38,787 nucleotides of DNA from a virus. Taxonomy: Duplodnaviria; Caudoviricetes. Of the stretch, positions 34,878-38,787 are shown one piece after another. The number at the start of each line of letters is the position of its first letter. The first letter of the stretch is position 1. The stretch lies in the IMG/VR virus record IMGVR_UViG_3300035109_000099, positions 1 through 38,787 of that record, one strand, 5' to 3'. Both the position numbers and the translations under genes were made by a program. The notes beneath the pieces were generated by a model, which was not told the DNA's origin, did not search any database, and was given only the letters and a program-made list of their open reading frames with translations.

Positions 34878-36527
34878 ATGATTTTGGACCGTTTTGGAAA
34901 ACCGATTACACCGGCCGACGTGAAGGAGAAGCAAACCGATTCCCCACAATCGGCACAGTTGCACAGGGAGTTTGCCGAGCATCCATCAAAAGGCCTGACG
35001 CCGGCTAGATTGGCCGAGATATTGCTGGCCGCCGAGCGCGGCGACATGATTGCTCAGGCCGAGCTTTTCATGGATATGGAAGAAAAGGATACGCATATCG
35101 GCTCGGAACTGGGCAAGCGGAAAATGTCGGTCAAAAAGCTGGACTGGGCATTGAAACCGCCGCGCGATGCCACAGCCACGGAAAAAAAGAACACTAAGAT
35201 GCTAGAAGCGCTGATCAGCGATGAGCTGGATATTGGCGCAATCCGCTTTGATGCACTGGATGCGATCGGGCATGGCTATTCGTGTATTGAGTTGGGCTGG
35301 GGCCGTAATGTGCAGGATAAGTGGTTTCCGAATCAGGTAGTGCATCGGCCGCCGACGTGGTTTACCACGCCTCAGGATGATCGTAATACGCTGCATTTGC
35401 GAGATTCCAGCACGCTGTACGGTGTGCCGTTGCAGCCGTTTGGTTGGATTGCGCATATCCATAAATCGCGTTCGGGTTATCTGGCCAGGGCGGGTTTGCA
35501 TCGATCATTAGTATGGCCATACCTGTACAAAAACTACTCGGTGCGTGATTTGGCTGAGTTTTTGGAGATTTACGGTTTGCCGATCCGCATCGGTAAATAT
35601 CCGGACGGCGCTGATGATAAAGCTAAACGTGATCTGCTGAGGGCAGTGTTGAGTATCGGCCACCATGCAGCGGGCATTATTCCGGAGACGATGCAGGTTG
35701 AGTTGCAGCAGGTTTTAGCATCGGGCAACGCCGAATCTTTTAAGGTGATGATCGATTGGTGCGAGGCCAGTGTATCCAAGGCGATTTTGGGGGGCACGCT
35801 GACCAGTTCGACGGCGGCCAACGGCAACCGCTCACTGGGCGATGTGCATAATGAGGTGCGGCTGGATATTCGCGATGATGATGCTACGCAGCTGGATAAT
35901 ACGCTGAGCACGCACTTGGTGTATCCGATGGCCATGCTGAACGGGCTGTTTGCTGATAACCGTTGCCCGTCGTTTGTGTCCGATACGCAGGAGCCGGATG
36001 ATCTGGAGCTTTATTCGAATGCGCTGCCTAAGTTGACGGGTATCGGCCTGAGAATTCCGACCCGTTACGCTTATTCAAAGCTAAAGATTCCGGAACCGGA
36101 AGGCGATGAGGAAGTTTTGACGGCGGCTGCGCCTGCGGCTCAACCGGTTCCGCCTGCTAATAGCTCAAAGCAAGCGGCGGCGTTGGCTGCATTGGCCGGT
36201 GATATGAATACTACCGTGAGCGGGATGAACGGCCCCGCAAAAGTACAGCCTGGGCAGGGGGATAATCCTGCCCAGCAGGCCGATATTGATACGTCGCCGA
36301 TATCGTCAATGACGGATCAGATGGCTGTTGAAGCGGGGCCGGCGATTAAGTCGATGGTGGATCAAATTGCGGCGTTGGCCGGTGAGGCTGAGTCGCTGGA
36401 AGCATTGCGCGATCAGCTGCTCAATGGTTATGGGGATCTGGATAGTAAGGCTTTGGAAAGTGTTATGGCGCTGGGGTTCTCGGTGGCTGAATTGTCGGGG
36501 CGGTTTGATGTGAGCGAAAACGGCTAA
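34878..36527 (+). CDS. Portal protein (Mu gp29 / DUF935)
   Basis: GLTPARLA, FLEIYGLPIRIGKY, SKAILGGTLT and LGDVHNEVR motifs. Confidence 0.93.
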   Translation: MILDRFGKPITPADVKEKQTDSPQSAQLHREFAEHPSKGLTPARLAEILLAAERGDMIAQAELFMDMEEKDTHIGSELGKRKMSVKKLDWALKPPRDATATEKKNTKMLEALISDELDIGAIRFDALDAIGHGYSCIELGWGRNVQDKWFPNQVVHRPPTWFTTPQDDRNTLHLRDSSTLYGVPLQPFGWIAHIHKSRSGYLARAGLHRSLVWPYLYKNYSVRDLAEFLEIYGLPIRIGKYPDGADDKAKRDLLRAVLSIGHHAAGIIPETMQVELQQVLASGNAESFKVMIDWCEASVSKAILGGTLTSSTAANGNRSLGDVHNEVRLDIRDDDATQLDNTLSTHLVYPMAMLNGLFADNRCPSFVSDTQEPDDLELYSNALPKLTGIGLRIPTRYAYSKLKIPEPEGDEEVLTAAAPAAQPVPPANSSKQAAALAALAGDMNTTVSGMNGPAKVQPGQGDNPAQQADIDTSPISSMTDQMAVEAGPAIKSMVDQIAALAGEAESLEALRDQLLNGYGDLDSKALESVMALGFSVAELSGRFDVSENG

Positions 36528-36760
36528 TGCTCATTTTTGCTGAAAACAATTGCGTCGTATTCGAGTGCGAGCACTGTGGAGCTAACGAGCGTTTGGAGAG
36601 TAAGCGCAGAAACAAACGCCAATTTCAAACCGTGTTAAATAAATTTATGAGGACGCACGATTGGAATTGTCGGTGGAAAGTTGAGCGTCAACGTAAGATC
36701 GATGATGCGATTGCAACTACTGATTCGATTATCAAACAATTGGTGAAGGAATGCCGTTAA
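36527..36760 (+). CDS. Small CxxC zinc-finger-like protein
   Basis: 77 aa; FECEHCG...THDWNC; overlaps both neighbours. Confidence 0.6.
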   Translation: MLIFAENNCVVFECEHCGANERLESKRRNKRQFQTVLNKFMRTHDWNCRWKVERQRKIDDAIATTDSIIKQLVKECR

Positions 36761-38142
36761 TTCTCTCCCCAACTCAGGTTGCGTTTAACGCCCGTGGCGA
36801 CGGCAAGTTTAACAAGCCGTTCCAGGATCAACTAGATTTTTTTCGCAAGAAAATTAATCTGCCGTCCGAGCATTACGATGACATCATCAAAAGCGCTCAT
36901 GACCACGCTTTTATTGTAGCGGGTGCTACTAAGGCCGATCTGCTTAACGATCTTCGCGGCGCAGTCGATAAGGCGATAGCGGATGGTAAAAGTATCGAAT
37001 GGTTCCGCAAGGAGTTCGCGGGCATCGTGCAAAAACACGGCTGGGAAGGTTGGACAGGCAGCGATACGGCGGCGGGACGTGATTGGCGGGCTCGCGTCAT
37101 TTATAACACTAACTTGTCGGCCAGTTATGCTGCTGGTCGCTATGCGCAATTAACCGATCCTGATCTGTTGCAAAATCGGCCTTACTGGAAATATGTTCAT
37201 AATGATACGGTCAGGCATCCACGGCCATTGCATCAAAGCTGGTCAGGTATGGTTTTGCGTTATGATGATCCGTTCTGGCAGACGCATTTTCCGCCCAATG
37301 GCTGGGGTTGCCGCTGTCGCATCACAGCGGTTACGGCTGATGAATATCACGGCGAAATTGGCCCTACCGGCGATACCTATTCTTATATAGATAAGGACGG
37401 CATTAAACGCACCGTCCCCAGTACTAAAATATATAAGGATCGGTACGGCAATGAACATGTGCTGCCAGCTGGCGTCGATTACGGTTGGGATTATCCGCCC
37501 GGAGCGAGTGTATCTAAAACGTTGCAGCCGTTTATCGATAATAAGGCTGCAAGCTTACCTGCTCCATTAGCATCGGCGTTCAAAGCAGAGGTTTCCGGTA
37601 CTTTAGAGGCCGCTCGTGACTATGTGCTGACTAATGGTTTGCAAAATGCCGATAATAAAATCGAGTTTGCTTATGTTTATGATGATGCTGGCAATATTTT
37701 AGTTAAGAAAAGGGGCGGAAACAGTTATGTCGGTTTTACCGAGGCTGAGATGCAAAAGATGCGGGATGCGCCAGGCGTCGTGTTGGTGCATAATCATCCC
37801 GGTGGGCGATCGCTGTCAAAAGAAGATTGGGTATTAGCGAATGTGATTGATGCTGAAATCTATGCAATGGGTCATAATGAGGTTGAATATTCTGGCAGCA
37901 TGCTCAATATTAAGCGTTTTCAGGACCTTTATTCACATGTTGATGGTGTTTTGAAGCATTACTTTATGCCGCTAATTCGAGCAAATAAGTTGACTATAGC
38001 TGATGCCGATCTTTTTCATGCTCATTTGGTAAATACGGTATTAAAGGCATCCGGCGTTATTACTTATGATGTCAATGGTACGCTTGACTTACCGTCTGAG
38101 GTTGAGCAAACGCTTGTTAAGTTATTGGAGCATTTTAAATAG
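36751..38142 (+). CDS. Mu gpF head morphogenesis protein with C-terminal JAB/MPN-like extension
   Basis: MuF motifs RPYWKY, RPLHQSW and PPNGWGCRC; extension has E...VLVHNHPGGRSLSKED. Confidence 0.88.
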   Translation: MPLILSPTQVAFNARGDGKFNKPFQDQLDFFRKKINLPSEHYDDIIKSAHDHAFIVAGATKADLLNDLRGAVDKAIADGKSIEWFRKEFAGIVQKHGWEGWTGSDTAAGRDWRARVIYNTNLSASYAAGRYAQLTDPDLLQNRPYWKYVHNDTVRHPRPLHQSWSGMVLRYDDPFWQTHFPPNGWGCRCRITAVTADEYHGEIGPTGDTYSYIDKDGIKRTVPSTKIYKDRYGNEHVLPAGVDYGWDYPPGASVSKTLQPFIDNKAASLPAPLASAFKAEVSGTLEAARDYVLTNGLQNADNKIEFAYVYDDAGNILVKKRGGNSYVGFTEAEMQKMRDAPGVVLVHNHPGGRSLSKEDWVLANVIDAEIYAMGHNEVEYSGSMLNIKRFQDLYSHVDGVLKHYFMPLIRANKLTIADADLFHAHLVNTVLKASGVITYDVNGTLDLPSEVEQTLVKLLEHFK

Positions 38143-38143
38143 T

Positions 38144-38308
38144 ATGAGCTATGTATTAATAGACCCACCTGTCGGCCATTATTCGGCACCTGATGAGATT
38201 CAAGCGTGGATTGATAAGTTGATTAGTATGCCTCAGTCCGATCAAAGAGATTCGGCGCTGGAATATGCAAAGCAATTGTTGGCTGAAGCGTTGGCTGATC
38301 CGCTGTGA
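38144..38308 (+). CDS. 54-aa acidic protein, candidate immunity protein
   Basis: ATG 1 bp after the gpF stop; MSYVLIDPPVGHYSAPDEIQAWIDKL; overlaps the gpG start. Confidence 0.6.
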   Translation: MSYVLIDPPVGHYSAPDEIQAWIDKLISMPQSDQRDSALEYAKQLLAEALADPL

Positions 38309-38787
38309 GTTCAATTGAATTTAACGATGACGAAATTCAAAGAGCTTTGCAGGCTTTGCAACAAGCTACAGGTAATTTGCGGCCAGCGTTAGATGATATC
38401 GGCGATGTACTGATTGAATCGACTAAGCAGCGTTTTCTCACTAAAACAGGTCCTGATGGGCAGCAGTGGAAAGAAAATTCTGATGTCACTATCAATTTTG
38501 TTCATAAATTTGATGGTTTCGAATGGATGAAAGGGCGCGATGATCCCTTAATTGGTCGAAGTGGTAAGCTACAGGATCAGATTAATTACAATTTGATCGG
38601 TACTGATGCATTAGAAGTTGGCAGTCCAATGGAGTATGCGGCTATGCAACAATTTGGCGGTGCAAAAAGTGAATTTCATCATCTTTTTGGTGATATTCCA
38701 GCGAGACCTTTTTTAGGTGTTTCTAATGATGATAAAAATAAGATTATGGCAATTCTTAATCGTCATTTTGCTAGTGCCGTTATGTAA
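38305..38787 (+). CDS. Mu gpG-like virion morphogenesis protein
   Basis: GPDGQQW, VGSPMEYAAMQQFGG and IPARPFLG motifs. Confidence 0.9.
   Translation: MSSIEFNDDEIQRALQALQQATGNLRPALDDIGDVLIESTKQRFLTKTGPDGQQWKENSDVTINFVHKFDGFEWMKGRDDPLIGRSGKLQDQINYNLIGTDALEVGSPMEYAAMQQFGGAKSEFHHLFGDIPARPFLGVSNDDKNKIMAILNRHFASAVM

Larger units (their letters stand above)
520..38787. mobile_element. Transposable Mu/B3-like prophage (second end lies beyond the window; left boundary tentative)
   Basis: DDE transposase, AAA ATPase, Ner, GemA, Mor, Mu-type terminase, portal, gpF, gpG, protease I, capsid T, gp36-like protein and tape measure are all present as long open ORFs. Confidence 0.93.

Noticed and set aside
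1-38787. tRNA or rRNA genes
   Set aside because: No cloverleaf or rRNA-like segments recognised by eye; a tRNAscan/Infernal run would be needed to exclude small RNAs.

Overview
Nearly the whole window (about 520 to the right edge) is a transposable Mu/B3-like prophage with a non-contractile-type tail, inserted just downstream of a host Flp/Fap pilin gene. The genome order is unusual. The protease-capsid-neck-tail block (929-15942) and the early transposition operon (ner, DDE transposase, AAA ATPase, gemA, mor; 18033-27664) are on the - strand. The repressor, holin/spanin, terminase, portal, gpF and gpG are on the + strand, and the endolysin points away from the other lysis genes. Main observations: (1) a canonical 88-bp integron attC site, a truncated second attC and an exact 156-bp cassette duplication lie inside the phage; there is no integrase in the window and the ORFs are antisense to the attC polarity. 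(2) Three copies of a 16-bp palindrome each sit exactly 23 bp from a -10 hexamer, defining four candidate Mor-activated late promoters; one box serves two divergent promoters and one transcript may be leaderless. (3) gpF carries a C-terminal JAB/MPN-like extension followed by a small candidate immunity gene. (4) Several host-type REP palindromes occupy accessory intergenic sites. Family names come from motif recognition and gene order only; no searches were run. The second prophage end is outside the window.
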